A stretch of DNA of 64,000 nucleotides. Origin: Carcharhinus longimanus (lineage: Eukaryota). The stretch is taken from assembly GCA_030264375.1 (NCBI GenBank), contig JASCQW010000027.1:63321372-63385371 (forward strand), read 5' to 3'. Under the pieces are notes generated by a model. It saw only the letters and a list, made by a program, of their open reading frames with translations. It was not told where the DNA came from and searched no databases. The position numbers were made by a program, and so were the translations under genes. Positions 1 through 13,600 of the stretch are shown in pieces (the first letter of the stretch is position 1; each line of letters opens with the position of its first letter).

Positions 1-74
1 ATTGAATGGCGGGGCAGGCTCAAAGGGCTAGATGGCCTACTCCTGCTCCTATTTCTTATGTTCTTATGTTCTTA
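1..74 (+). mobile_element. CR1/HER1-type LINE 3' tail
   Basis: ...GATGGCCTACTCCTGCTCCTAT followed by (TTCTTATG)n octamer tail. Confidence 0.85.
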
Positions 75-559
75 CCTATACCTAAGTTGTAATCTAAATC
101 CCCACAGTTTTGAAATGAATTAGTGGTCTTGTATGGAGAACTGTCAGGCAGCAGAAGAAAAGCCATGTGTAACATTTCATAATGGCTTGCTACAGTGCAT
201 CTGGGATATCATCTGAAACAATGTATTTATGCTTTCAGAGAATTTAACTGTTGGAAAATTTTTGTCTTTTAGATTTTGTTAGAGAATATTACCAAAATAA
301 TAAGAGCTATGAAATTTAAAAGGTTCTCCTAATTTTAGTTTCAAGTATTTAAAGCAAATTTGTAGACTGTTAGTTGTATGGAATTTTGTACTAGGCTGTA
401 GGCTAATTCAGCTATCGTGCACTACCACTGGAGTACGAGTTGGGATCAGAATCATAACATGCACCACTAATTTGCAAAGCCAGTTGTTCTGATTGAATGC
501 AGTTCATTGCTGAAAGAATTAAGAAAGCACTCATATATAATACCCACATGCTCAGGTTT

Positions 560-957
560 GCCTCAAATGTTTCGCAGCAAGCAAAATACTTATGGAGTAT
601 AGTCACTGTGGCAATATGTAAAAATGCTGCAACCAATTGAAGCATAGCAAGGTCCCACAAATAGCAATGATTGTCAATTCGCATTTTGTGATTTTGCCTG
701 AAGGACAAATGTTGGTCAGAATATCAGGGGAACCTCTGTAATCATCTTCAAATAAGGCCATTGAATCATTAATGTCCATGAGAGAGCACAGATTGGTCTC
801 AGTTTTACATCTTGTGAAAGAGGGCACTCCTGACACTGCCACAATCCTTTGTCATGACACTAATGTGCCAGTATGGACTGTATACTCATGTCTTCCAAGT
901 GGAGCTTCACCCTGAAATCTTCTCACTCAGAGTCAAGTATTACCACTCAGTCAACCA
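560..957 (-). mobile_element. Deu-domain SINE (SacSINE1/AmnSINE1-like), diverged
   Basis: Reverse complement resembles the recalled Deu core (CCTGACCAACATTTGTCCTTCA...ATTGCTATTTGTGGGACCTTGCT) with a tRNA-like head near 900-957. Confidence 0.7.
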
Positions 958-1496
958 TGTGTGAATATATGTACTTTAAAGCTTAGCCGATAAGTCAGTA
1001 CCAAATGGGTTAAAAGAAACGTGGAATATTATTTGAAGAATCAGTTTTCTTTTATAAATGCTTAATGTTAGCATGTGTACTAAATGAGATTTCCAAAATG
1101 ATTGTTATAGAGAATCTGAATGCTTTAACTGATTTGGCTTTCAACCAGCAGCATTGTGGTAGAGGCAGATTCAATTGTAGCTTTCAAAAGATTGGATAAT
1201 TGGATAATTATCTGAAGAGTAAAAGTCTGCAAGGCTATGCGGGGAAGGCAGGGAAATGGAATTGGTTGTTGCAGAGGGCCAGCATAGATACAATGGGCTG
1301 ACTGGTTTCCTCTGTATTGTAAACATTTTATGATTATATATAGTGGTTAATATGCATGCTTTAAGAAGCATTTTGCATTGCTATGTCTGAAGATTTTGCA
1401 TTTAATTACACATATTACCTTCTTTGGAATACAATAAATGAAAGTTTTACTGTGGTTCCTAAAGTAGCCTTCAACTTTGGTACTATTATTCAACAG

Positions 1497-1630
1497 ACTG
1501 ATTTCTTAGCAATTGAGATGCGAAAAGGCAAAGTTAACTTCCTCTGGGATGTAGGATCTGGTGTTGGACGTGTTGAATATCCGGACTTGGTTATTAATGA
1601 CGAATACTGGCATAGAATTGAAGCCTCTAG
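1497..1630 (+). CDS. LAMA2: LAMA2 exon (LG1; ~human exon 47), 134 nt
   Basis: caacag|ACT...TCTAG|gtaagt; TDFLAIEMRKGKVNFLWDVGSGVGRVEYPDLVINDEYWHRIEASR. Confidence 0.96.
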
Positions 1631-4600
1631 GTAAGTTTCACACTTATGCATATATATCTGTTGACTAAATTTGATGCAGTAATCATTAGAAATGTAACTG
1701 TGAATCGGCATTCATTTGTTCACACCTATCTATGGGCATTTCAAGATAGATTTTTACAAAGTTCCGCTCTTGATGGGCAAACTCTCCCCCTCATCAAGAG
1801 TATGCATTAATAATATCCTGCCTTCAATTTATTCATTACTGGTTTTCATTCACAGACTTTTAAGGTAGTTGGTCAATGTAACAAAGTAACTCTGTACTAG
1901 TACATCAGGGCTTGGTGTTAGGGACAGCAAGGGGATTAATTTAATCAGCGTGAAGATCTCGCTCACCAAAAGGCTATCCGTAAACAGAAAGGCGCTTTGA
2001 CTTGTTTCTCTCTTTATCAGTGGTAGAGTATTTCCCAACCCTTCAAGTATTGGGGTGATTTAAATTCCTATTAACAAATTCCAGGCTGGATGAACTCAAA
2101 GTGTTAGTTTACTTGCACACACTGAAAACATAAAAAGAGAGTTTGCAATGTTCCTCTCACATTGAGATAGAAAGGAAAGGGATAGAGAAAACAAAGATTC
2201 AGAGTACAGAGACCACAGAAAAAATACAGGTGGTTTCAAATAAGTCCCAGAGTCCAGAATCAAAGTCCAATAAGATTTTCATGCACCCGAGGTCAATAAG
2301 CTGAAAATTGACGCTGGATAATTCACCTTTGCGGTGATGTTCACTTCACATGATGAGATAGACATGCAGAGATGAATCATTCCTGTAGGTGAAGCAGAGT
2401 AGATGGGGCCAGGTATTTCACTTGCTCACAGTTCTTTGTCTGCGAGGTTGTTGGTTAGATGGCAAACAGCAAACTGAGTTCAGCAAAGCAATATTATTTG
2501 TTCCAAAAGCCAGAGGCCCATGTCACATGACTTCCACCTCTCCATTAGGTCTTTGACAAAGGATGTGCATCCATCTAATAAACACCACAGTCATTTGGAA
2601 TTGAAAGGAAGGTTTCAGAGCATTTTTCTTAACAGTTGCTCCACCTCTTTCTGGCCATCTTGGGTTATTAATTGCAAGATGGTATTTGTGTAGCTCTCTT
2701 TGGGTTGGACAGTCTACAAGTGGTCATTAGTGACTCCTTAGAGAAAACAAGGTCACAGAATCATAGACTAATACAGCCCAATGGGTCCATGCTGATCATG
2801 GTGCCCTCCCAGCTAGTCCCAATTGCTCACATTCGGCCCATATCCCTCTAATCCTTTCCCATCCATGTACTAATCCAAATGCTTTTTACATGTTGCTTGT
2901 ACCTGCCTCAACTACTTTCCCTGGCTGCTCATTCCATATACGTACCATCCTCTGTTTGAAGAAGTTGCCTGTCAGGTCCCTTTTAAATCTTTCCCCTTAA
3001 CCTTAAATCTGTGCCCTCTAATTTTCAATTCCCTTCTCTGAAAAAAAAAAGATTGCGTGTTTATCCTCTCTATGTCCCTCATGTTTTTATACACTTCAAT
3101 AAGCTCACCCCTCATTCGTCTACATTCCAGGAAATAAAGTACGAGCCTTGGCCAACCTTTCCCTATAATTCATTATCTCTGGCAACATCCTCGTAAATTT
3201 TCTTTGCACTCTTTCCAGTATAATAAAGTGACCACAACTTTTCTATAATAATGTGTATACAGTACTCCAAGTGCGGCCTCATCTAATGACTGATACAACT
3301 ATAACATAATGTCCCAATTCCTATACTCAGTGCCCTGACTGGTGAAGACCAGTGTGCTAAATGCCTTCTTCATCACCCTGTTTACCTATGATGCCGCTTT
3401 CTACTAGCTATGTTCTTATACTCCTAGGTCCCTTTGTTCCTCAAATCTCTCCAGGGCCCTACCATTCACTGTATAAGTCCTACCCTGGTTTGACATTGTG
3501 AAATGTAACACGTCACACTTATTTGTATTGAAATCCATTTGACAATCCCAGTCCACTTCCCTAACCATTCAAGATCCTCCTGTAATTTTTGATAACCTTC
3601 TTGGCTGTGGATTTTTTGTTGGGGTGTCACAGACTACAGAGATTCACATATGTTAAAGGCCTTTGTTCAGTTTTAAATTTTTAAAAAGAGCAACGAGCAT
3701 ATCTATATCTGTATTGTATGTGAAAGCTTAGTTCCTTGCATTAGGTACAAATCATCCACATTTACCTTGCATTGCAATTTTGATGAAAAATAAAACATTA
3801 AACAGGTAGAACCCATGGGTACACGTGAACCAATCAGTTAATGAAAAAAAGTAAATTCACTCCCTTGTTTGGAAAATGATGGCTTCAATTTTCATCCCTA
3901 TATTTGAGTGGAAATGCACTGGAAATCCTGAAACAGAATGATCGCACTGTTCCTGCTGTGTTTCCACCCACCATCATTTTAACTGGAGCCTACAAATAGA
4001 AACACAAGACTGCCTTTGTTTTAAGTACTAGAGAGACTAAATGTAGAGTTGTCTAATTGGCAGTCCTCAGAGTTACTCCTGCAGACTGCGCTAAAATGGA
4101 GTTTTTTTTNNNNNNNNNNTGTACTTGTGAGACCAAGTGGAGCCTTCATGTCTCTCTTAATGCTCTGCTTGACCCAACAAACATTGACCTGCAGGATACC
4201 CAACATGTATCTCTCTCTCTTCAAATTTAATCTTAAATTTAAAGATGGTCTTTTCAAGTCTACTGATCCCCTTTCCTGGGGGGAATTGTTTTCAGAAAGT
4301 GTCTGTCAATGAATTTGTTATTAAAAGAAAACACACTCAATGATTTTACCCATTCATTGCATTTAACTGCCTTCAACTACTTAATCCATGATAAAAACAA
4401 GCATTATATTCCGAGCCCCATTTCAAGCAGTTGGAGCTGTCACTCAAACTGTGAACTGACAGTCACCTCACTCTGATAATGATAGGTTGTGAAATAGTTA
4501 TGCAGCACAAATCCTATAATGTTAGTCCTTAGCCTCTTATCGACCAAGTGAGATAGCAAACATCAATTTATTTTTAAATTGCAATGTTTTCAAAAAAAAA

Positions 4601-7600
4601 AGAAATGCCGGACATTTGAATGCCTTGACAGCTTGTCATTTCCTTTGACAACTTGACAATTCCAATGAGCTTGATATTTCCCTTGACAACTTGAAAGTTC
4701 CAACAAGCTTGGCAGATCCATTGAGTTTATTAACTTTTTACAAACATGCATGAACAGTCGGAAAAAGCATTTGGCCTCTCCCACAGACCACCTGACCTCT
4801 CAAAAAGGGCAATGCACCTCTCAAAAATATGTCCCTGGACCAACCAAAAAAAGGTACCCATCTCTCCAAAGATCTCTAGCAGTTTTAGACCCCTTTCCTG
4901 TAAATTCTAAAACTCATAAATTGTGTTTTGGTCATCCCACTAATGAAAATTGGATCTAATTGAAGGCAGCTTATCTGTAATCCACAGATGTGCAAACTAC
5001 AACCTGGCATGTTGCCCCAGGCACTCTACCCCAACCTACCCAAAAATGGTGGAGACTTTGGAGCATGATTTCTGGATGCAGGCCTCTGGCAGCATTTTGT
5101 TTAAGCTATAAAACCTTCCAGCCTGTGCAAAAATTCAGGCCTCAGGGTCTACTTGTAGTATACGCAGGCATTGTACTTGGGTCATTGTCCCCAATGTGCT
5201 CAGAGAGTAGTAAGGGTGTGGAATGCCTTGCCTGCAACAGTAGTGGACATTAAGGGCATTTAAGTGGTCATTGGATNNNNNNNNNNNNNNNNNNNNNNNN
5301 NNNNNNNNNNNNNNNNNNNNNNNNNNNNNNNNNNNNNNNCGAAGGGCCTGTGCTGCGCTATAATGTTCTGTGTTCTATGTTCTATGTTCTGAGCTTAAAT
5401 ATCTTGCACCTTTCTCACAATATAACAATCTGGGTGGGATTTTCCAGCTGTGCTCATCCCAATACCCCAAAATTGCAAAACCCCATCCTAGGTCAGCGGA
5501 TCTTTGCATGGTCTGCCCCTTCACCTACCATGATTTCCATGGTGGGTGGGATGGGAAAATTCCCCCCACTGTGTCTTCCTTTGATCTCGAACAATCAAAC
5601 CACTCAGACTCACTGTCAGGCAGTCCGCTGCACAGGATATTTATCCGCTATTTAAGCGTACAGTCCCAAAATAATATAATCTTCTAAACCTCATAATTCT
5701 AACAATGTAGATAAACTTTGGGTTCTCATATAATCTAAGCAAAGTAGTTAAAAGAAACCTAACGAAGCAAGGATGCATTGCACCCTGCTTGCGTGCAGGA
5801 GGAATTAAGAATTGTTTCAGAGAGGTTCAGAGGAGATTTATAAGGATGCCACCAAGAATGGTGAACATTAGCTCTAAGAAAAAATTGAATAGGCTGGAGC
5901 TATTTTCCTTTGTAACTGAGAAAGCTGAGGTGATATTTCATTGAGATGTATATTATTATGTGGAGCTGAGATGGGAAGAGATTACTTCCATTAACAAAGA
6001 GGTCAGTAACTATGGAGCAATGGTTTAAAGTAAGGGGAAATTCTTTTTACCCAGAGGACGGTCAGGAACTGAAAGGTGGTAGAAACGGAAACCTTCATCT
6101 CTAGGACCTAGCTTTAAAGTGCCGTAACTCACAGAGTCACGGATGAAGAGCTATAAAGTGCGATTCAGCTGGACATCTCATTTTTGGCCAGTGCGGACAT
6201 AAATGGCCGAAATGATATCCTTCTGTGCCACAGACACTCTGGCTGGGATTTTACAAACTCACTCAGGCGAGGCTTGTAATATCCCGCCCGAGGCCTGGGA
6301 TGGGCGAGCGGTAAAATTCTGGCCTCTCTGTTTCTATGTAAAAGCATGAGAAAATAAGTTAATGGGATGGAATGATTAAAAATAATCCTTACATTGTTCA
6401 CCATTTCATTTTCTCATAGCCTACTCTTCATTTTCATTATGACAGTAATTACTTTCTTATCTCTCCATCTTCCTATATTGGAAAAATCATTGTACATTGA
6501 CTATTGAAGCCTGACCCCCAAGAAATAAATTTCACTTGAATTAAATTTAATTTTATTCTGCAAAACCCTGTCTTTAATTATTTCTTTAATTTGTAAACTG
6601 TAACAGTAATCGATCATCTCTTTTACAATAAAAAGGTTTAGAAGAAATGGTACAATTTCTGTACGTGCACTAGATGGTCCGAGGGCAAGCATCATGCCAG
6701 CCACCTATAGCGCAGTATCACCTGAAGGCTATACAATTCTTGATGTGGATGAAAATGCTTACCTGTTTGTTGGTGGTCTAACAGGAGAAGTGAGGGTATG
6801 GTATGAAATTTATTCAAATAAATCATTGTTTGATCTATCATATTAATAATCCAGTAGAAATATCATCAAGTGTCAATTTACATAAATAATCAGTTCCATA
6901 AGTATCGGTATATTTGTTTCAAAATCTATTTTTTTCACAATTACATAACTAGATAATTTAATGAGCAGCAAGGAAGAAGAAGAAATTGCATCGATCAGGC
7001 ACTTTTCACAACATTAATAATGTAGGAACATGGGAACTAAACCATACAGAGCAACATATCCTTTACTGGGTTACTGGCCTGGACAGGATGCTCTTCAGAG
7101 GGAGTGCAGACTCGATGGACGGAATGGCCTCCTTTTGCATTGTATAGATTCTAAGAACTAAAAAGAACATTGCCAAAACCAGCAATTTTATAATGACTAT
7201 ATAATCCATTGTAGCAATATTGTTCAAGGGATAAATGTTAGTCAGGATAGTGGGGAAAACTCACCTGCTGTTCCTCAAAATCCGACCATGTGATCATTTA
7301 CAACCAGCTGAGGGTACAGAAAGGACCTTGGTTCAACACCTGAAAGCAGCAGCTCCAATAATGTAGCACTCCTTCAGTCCTACATTGCAGTGTCATTGAG
7401 TACAAAAGCCTTCTGACCCAGAAGCAAAAATACTCAACGTTGAGTCACAATTGACACTATTCTACTTCAGGTCTTTAAGAATTAATACTCTTGAATGTTA
7501 TTAACCGTTCGCTTGTGTTGCTTCATGGAGGACTGGTGCTTGCATTTGTGAACATTTGTGGTATGATGCTGATTGGAAGCCAAGCACTTCTCCATTGGAA

Positions 7601-10600
7601 AGGGAAAATAGAGGAAAAGCATAGGAAGAATCCAAACTAAAGTCACCTCTGGATCACTGTTATGCTACCTCTTAGCCAACTTTGCAAAGCAGCATTGTTG
7701 GATGTGTGGCTGCAGGTCTACCACCAATCAATCTGATGCATGGCACAGGAGACAAGGGAAGATCAGAAAAATAATTGAAAATGAAGGGAAGTCTTTCATG
7801 CAATTCAGACTATTTTCCACCACTTGTGTTTGTGTTCACAAATGGAAGCAATTTCCATCAGCAGACACATTATCAGAGAAAGTATACAATGCTCACTAAA
7901 TTCTCCCAGGTCCTTCATAGAAAAATTGTGAAAAGTAACTTTGCCGGAACAATGTACATGGTATAAAACTACCTTTTCAAAAGTGTTTATTTTAGTTTTT
8001 TTTGTCTTCTTGCTTCTGTCTAACATGTCAGCACAATATTTACTATCAGTTAGAACTGATGCAAGTCTACATGGAACTAACATACATTTTTCGGGAAGTG
8101 TTTTTTGCAGAGTTGAGATGCAGATCAAGCATGACCTAATTAAATGACAGAAGAATCCTGAGGGGTTGAATGGCTAATTCCTTTTTCGCTGTAAACCCAT
8201 AAGTGAAAAAAAACACTGAAATGTTATGTAAAAATATGCTATATAAAATGCCTACAAAAACTTGTGAGATTAATAATAGGCTCTTGAAGCACTTAAATAT
8301 AATACAAGATAAGTAGATATTAGTAGCAAATATATTGAGTACAGTCCATCTTGAAAGGAATAACTGATTCTTCTTATTTTGCCTGACCTGTTAAGACTTG
8401 GAGAAGATCCTTACATGCAGCCATTTGAGGATTAGCAGAAATGACACTTAATGCCATTGCCACCTCTCTGCACTTTGCCTGGTAGTTTTTTTGAATGGCC
8501 CACTCCACTGCATCTCAAACTGGTCCTCCCTTCTCCAGCTGATATAGGCAAGCAGCATTTTGACCAATTCTTCTGAAAGTGCGGAGGAAATCAGGCCTAC
8601 AGATAAACTTTCATGTAATTTTTCTAATTAGTCATTCTGCTTACCACAAAAGTAAAATTGTTGGTAATGATACCTGATACTTGAAGGTTCAAGTATTAAA
8701 TCTGGAGGACTGTGTCATTTCACATATCTCAATGCCAAGCTTCTGTTTGGAGACAGTTTTACTGATGAGGCATGTCTTTCTTTCTCGAGTTGATTTGACA
8801 TCTATTTGCTTTAGCATCATAAAGGAAAATAATAACTTATGCATCAGTTGGGCGTGTCTTACATATTGTTCTATTTCTACTGAGTCTCTGCATGTAACTG
8901 GAATCACACTTTACAGGCTGGCAAAACACAAGTGATGTAATTGATTGCATCAGTACTGTAATTATACATCTTATTCTCTAATCCTTTAAGAAATCAGATG
9001 TGGTCAAGACAACCACTTTCTCTGGCTGCATGGGAGAAACTTCCTTGGATCGCAAACCTATTGGATTGTGGAATTATAGAGACAGACAGGGAGAATGCAA
9101 AGGCTGTGTTGTGAGGTATGTACTCCTACCTTTCACAGGTAAAGTTTCTAGTCCCAAATATCACTGCATTTCTATTCCTTTTAGAATTGGGATAAAGAAT
9201 TCTGTGATTTTGTGTTCCTGATGAGTTTCTCCAACTAGAAGACAATGGCATAATTGTAATATTGCTGGATCCCACCAGGGCAGTTGGGGAAATTTAAATA
9301 CAATTGTCTCATGAAATCTTGGTAATCTAGAAAGCTTTGGATTGTAACTGAAAACCCAACCAGTACACTGATGTATCTGTTTTCTATGTAACTTCAGACC
9401 CACAGCAGTGGAGTTCACTCTTAACTGCTGCTGTAATGACCTAACAAACCACTCAGTTCAAGGGTAATAAGGATTTGGGCATTAAATGCATGCCTTATCT
9501 GAATGAGAGTATAAAATGCAGGGACCTCTGGATGCTGCTTATTTGCTGGAGTGCAGAGAATGTGGAGCTGGGAATTTGGTGAATGAGAGATTTCAGTGAA
9601 GAGGGAAACTATAAATTAATTAAGAAAAATAAATTTAATGAATAAAATTCTTTATGTTTCCCTCTCTTTAAAGCCCACAACCCACTGACACTGAAGGCAC
9701 TGTACAGTTTGATGGTGAAGGCTATGCAGCTGTGGGTCGACCAACTCGCTGGAATCCAAATGTGTCGGCGATTGTATTCAAATTCAGGACTTTTACATCA
9801 GATGCGCTGCTCATGTACCTTGCCACAAAGGATCTGGTAAATGCAGTGTCAATATTTTGACAGCAAACTATTTTTTCAGTCTCATGCCTGAGCAGAACTC
9901 TGATTAATTTTTTGCCTATTTTTAAATGTTGCTAAATTTTAACAGAGAGATTTCATGAGCGTTGAATTGGCTGATGGACGAATAAAGGTTAGGTATGACC
10001 TTGGCTCAGGTGCAGTTAATGTCACCAGTAGAGGACGCCACAATGATGGGAAATGGAAATCTTTCACATTGTCAAGAATTCTGAAACAAGGTGTGCTTTT
10101 TACAGTAATATTTTCGCTGCACAAAAGTTTTCTGATTAAATTTGATGATTAATCAAATACTTTCTATGTTGGCAGCAAATATTTCCATACGTGATATAAT
10201 AAACAATAAAGAAGAAAGCCTGGTTGTAATTTCCCCAGGAACAAACTTTGGTCTTAATCTGAAAGCGGACGAGAAGATATATTTTGGTGGCTTGCCTATA
10301 TTACAAAATTTAAGGTACATCTTTCTTCAGTAATACATTTTTGATGACAAGTGGTTCATATTCTTGTTTTCTGAAATGGAAAAAAATTGTGCTTTTTTAA
10401 TTTGTGACAAGTATATACATACCCAGTACATAGATAAAAAAATTAGGTCATTCAGCCCTTTGAGCCAGCTCTTCCATTCAATATAATCATAGCTGATCCT
10501 CCATCTCAATGCCATATTCCTATCCCCGTCTACCATGACATATTTAGAGTCTAGAAATCTATCTATTTCCTTTTAAAGTATACTCAGTGATTTAACATTT

Positions 10601-13600
10601 ACAACCTTCATGGTAGAGAATTCCATTGGTTCACCATTCTCTATTAAGAAGTTTCTTCTCATCTCAGTCTTAAATGACTTACCCGGTATCCTGAGACTGT
10701 CACCCCTTGTTCTAAACCCACCAGCCAGAGGAAGTAGTATCCCTGCATCCAGTCTGTCCAGCCCTGTCAGAGCTTTATACATTTCAATGAGGTCAACTCC
10801 CTTTCTTCTAAACTCCAGTGAGTACAGGTCGAGTCAACTCAATCTCTCCTCATCCAATGATCCTGCCATCCCAGGAATTAGTCTGGTGAACCTTTGCTGA
10901 ACTTCCTCTACGGCAAGTATATCATTTCTGAGGTAAGGAGACCAAAACTGCACATATTACACCAAGTGTGGTCTCACACAAGGCCTTGTACAGCCACAGT
11001 AAGATATCCGAGCTCCTGTACTTGTGTCCTCGTGCAATGAAAGCCTTCTTAACTGCTTGCTGTACCTGCATGCTTGCTTTCAGTGATGGGTTTACTTAGA
11101 CACCCAGGTCCTCGTGTACATTATGAAATTGCACACAATATGGAAGCAGGCTAAAATTACACTCAGACCCTCTCCACTAAAAATCACAAAGTAACAGACA
11201 CAGATTAGCAGGCAAGAACATGGTTTTAGAATGCAAATGAGGGCTAGCACACAGGGGAAGCTGGACAGGATGGCACCTACAGGAACTAAATTAAAAAACA
11301 CATCCCCACCCCACCAAATCAGCACTTCTAANNNNNNNNNNNNNNNNNNNNNNNNNNNNNNNNNNNNNNNNNNNNNNNNNNNNNNNNNNNNNNNNNNNNN
11401 NNNNNNNNNNNNNNNNNNNNNNNNNNNNNNNTGATTGTATGTCCTGACTGCACCTCCGTCGACATAAAAAAAAATAAAGCTGTGCCGTTATTGAACTACA
11501 CCCTGAGTCCGTAGTGGTCGTTTCGCCCACTCGCGTTAACACTGTTCTTCCTAATGAAGTAGATAACTTCACGTTTATCCATGTTGTACTGCATCCACCA
11601 TGTATTTGTCCACTCACTCAACTTGTCTAAATTACGTTGAAGCCTCTTAATATCCTCCTCACCATTCCTATCAGTTAATCAACTCTCAGCCAATATATTA
11701 TCCCCAATCCCTGTGTGCTTTAATTTTGCACACTGACCTCTTACGTGGAACTTTATCAAACGATTTCAGAAAATCCAAATACACCATATCCACTGATTCT
11801 CCCTTATTTATTCTGCTAGTTACATCCTCAAAAAGTTCCAGTAAGTTTGTCAAACCTGATTTCTCTTTGATAAATACACGTTGACTGTCTAATCATGTTG
11901 ATATTTTCTAAGTGTCTGTACCCCAATAGAATATATCAGTTTCCCAACCACTGATGTTAGGCTAACCATTCTGAAATTCCCTGTTTTCTCCTTTTTCTCC
12001 TTTTTAAATAGATAGGGTTATGTTTGCCACCCTCCAATCTGCCAGGATTGTTCCAAAATCTTCAGAACTTTGGAAGAGGAGAGCCAACAGATCAAATATT
12101 TCCATGATCATCTTGTTTAGTACTCTGGGATGTAGATTATCAGGCCCTTGGGATTTATCGGCTTTCATTCCATCGATTTCTTTAGCACTTTTTTAGTAAT
12201 ACTAATTTCCTTCCATTATTCCTTCTCACTCGACCCTCGGTTCCCTAACATTTCTGGGAAGTTATTTGTGTCTGCCTCCATGAAGGTAGAACGAAAGTAA
12301 TTGTTTAATTGCCATTTCCTTGTTCTCTGAGGATGGCACGGGGGTACAGTGGATAACACTGCTGCCTCACAATGCCAAGGACCTGGGTTCGAATCCTGGC
12401 TAGGGCCACTGTCTGTGCGGAGTTTGCATATTCTCCTTGTGTCTGCATGGATTTCTCCTGGGTACACCGGTTTCCTCTCACAGTCCAAAGGATGTGCTGG
12501 TTAAGTGCATTGGCCATGCTACATTCTCCCTCAGTGTATCCGAACAAGCACCAGAGTGTGGCGCCAAACGGATTTTCACAGTAACTTCATTGCAGTATTA
12601 ATCCAAGCCTACCTGTGACACTGATAAGTGACTTAAAGTTAAATTATAAATTCTCCAGTTTTGGGCTGTAAGGGACCTACATGTGTCTTTACTGATCTAA
12701 TTCTTTTTACATACTTGTAGAAACTTTTACAGTCCACTTTTAATGTTCCTTGCAACTTTACTCCCGTACTCCATTTTCCCTTTTTAACCAATTTCTTGGT
12801 CCTCCTTGGCTGAATTCTAAACTTCTCCCAAACCTCAGGTTTGCTATTTTTTCTAGCAACTTTATATGACTTATGTTTGGATCCAATACTATTCTTAATT
12901 TATATTTAAGTAATGGATGGGTTTCTTTTCTTGTTGAGTTTTTGTGCCAGACAGGAATGTTTAAATAATATATACACTTAATATTATGGCAATCTAATAG
13001 TTACAGTACTGGGTTAATAACCCAGGGATCATGAGTTTAAATGCCACCTGGGCTAAATTTGCTCATTTATGGCCTGACATCATGGGTGGAAGTTTTTGAG
13101 AAGATTTCTAATTCTCCAGCTAGCGTGAAAATGGGAAAGTTTCAGACCCAAGTTTTGGGTAAGTTTTTATGCCCAATCTTGTGCATATAGGGCATAAAAA
13201 TATGGGCTAGTCTCTTTCTAACATCTCCAGGCAGTGAGTGGGGCTTAATTCAGCAACCAGCAGCAAAGGGAGATATTGCAGATGTGCAGACCTCTGTGTC
13301 TGCACATGTGCAATTCCAGCAGCAGAGGGAGCTTTGCACATCTGCAGACCTTTGTGGCTGTGCATGTACAACTCCACCAGCAGAGTCCTGACAGAGAGAG
13401 AGAGAGAACTGTCAAGCCTGTGCTTCGCAGCCAGCCTTAATACAGCAGCACCCCCCCGCAATCATGGGGAACCATGGCCAATCACTAGCCCCCAGCACCC
13501 AGACCGATTGTGCCCCACCTCCATCCACCCCATCGATCGCCTACAGAGTGGCAGCAGGCACCCCATTCCTCCCCCATACCAATCGCAACTGCAGAGTGCA

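Larger units (their letters stand above)
10440..12960 (-). mobile_element. Long CR1 LINE ORF2 fragment with nested insertions
   Basis: Decayed RT C-terminus on the minus strand (ORF 10573-10782: RTRGDSLRIPGKSFKTEMRRNF; RPHL at ~10960-10975) and RT motifs at 11700-11960. Confidence 0.85.
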
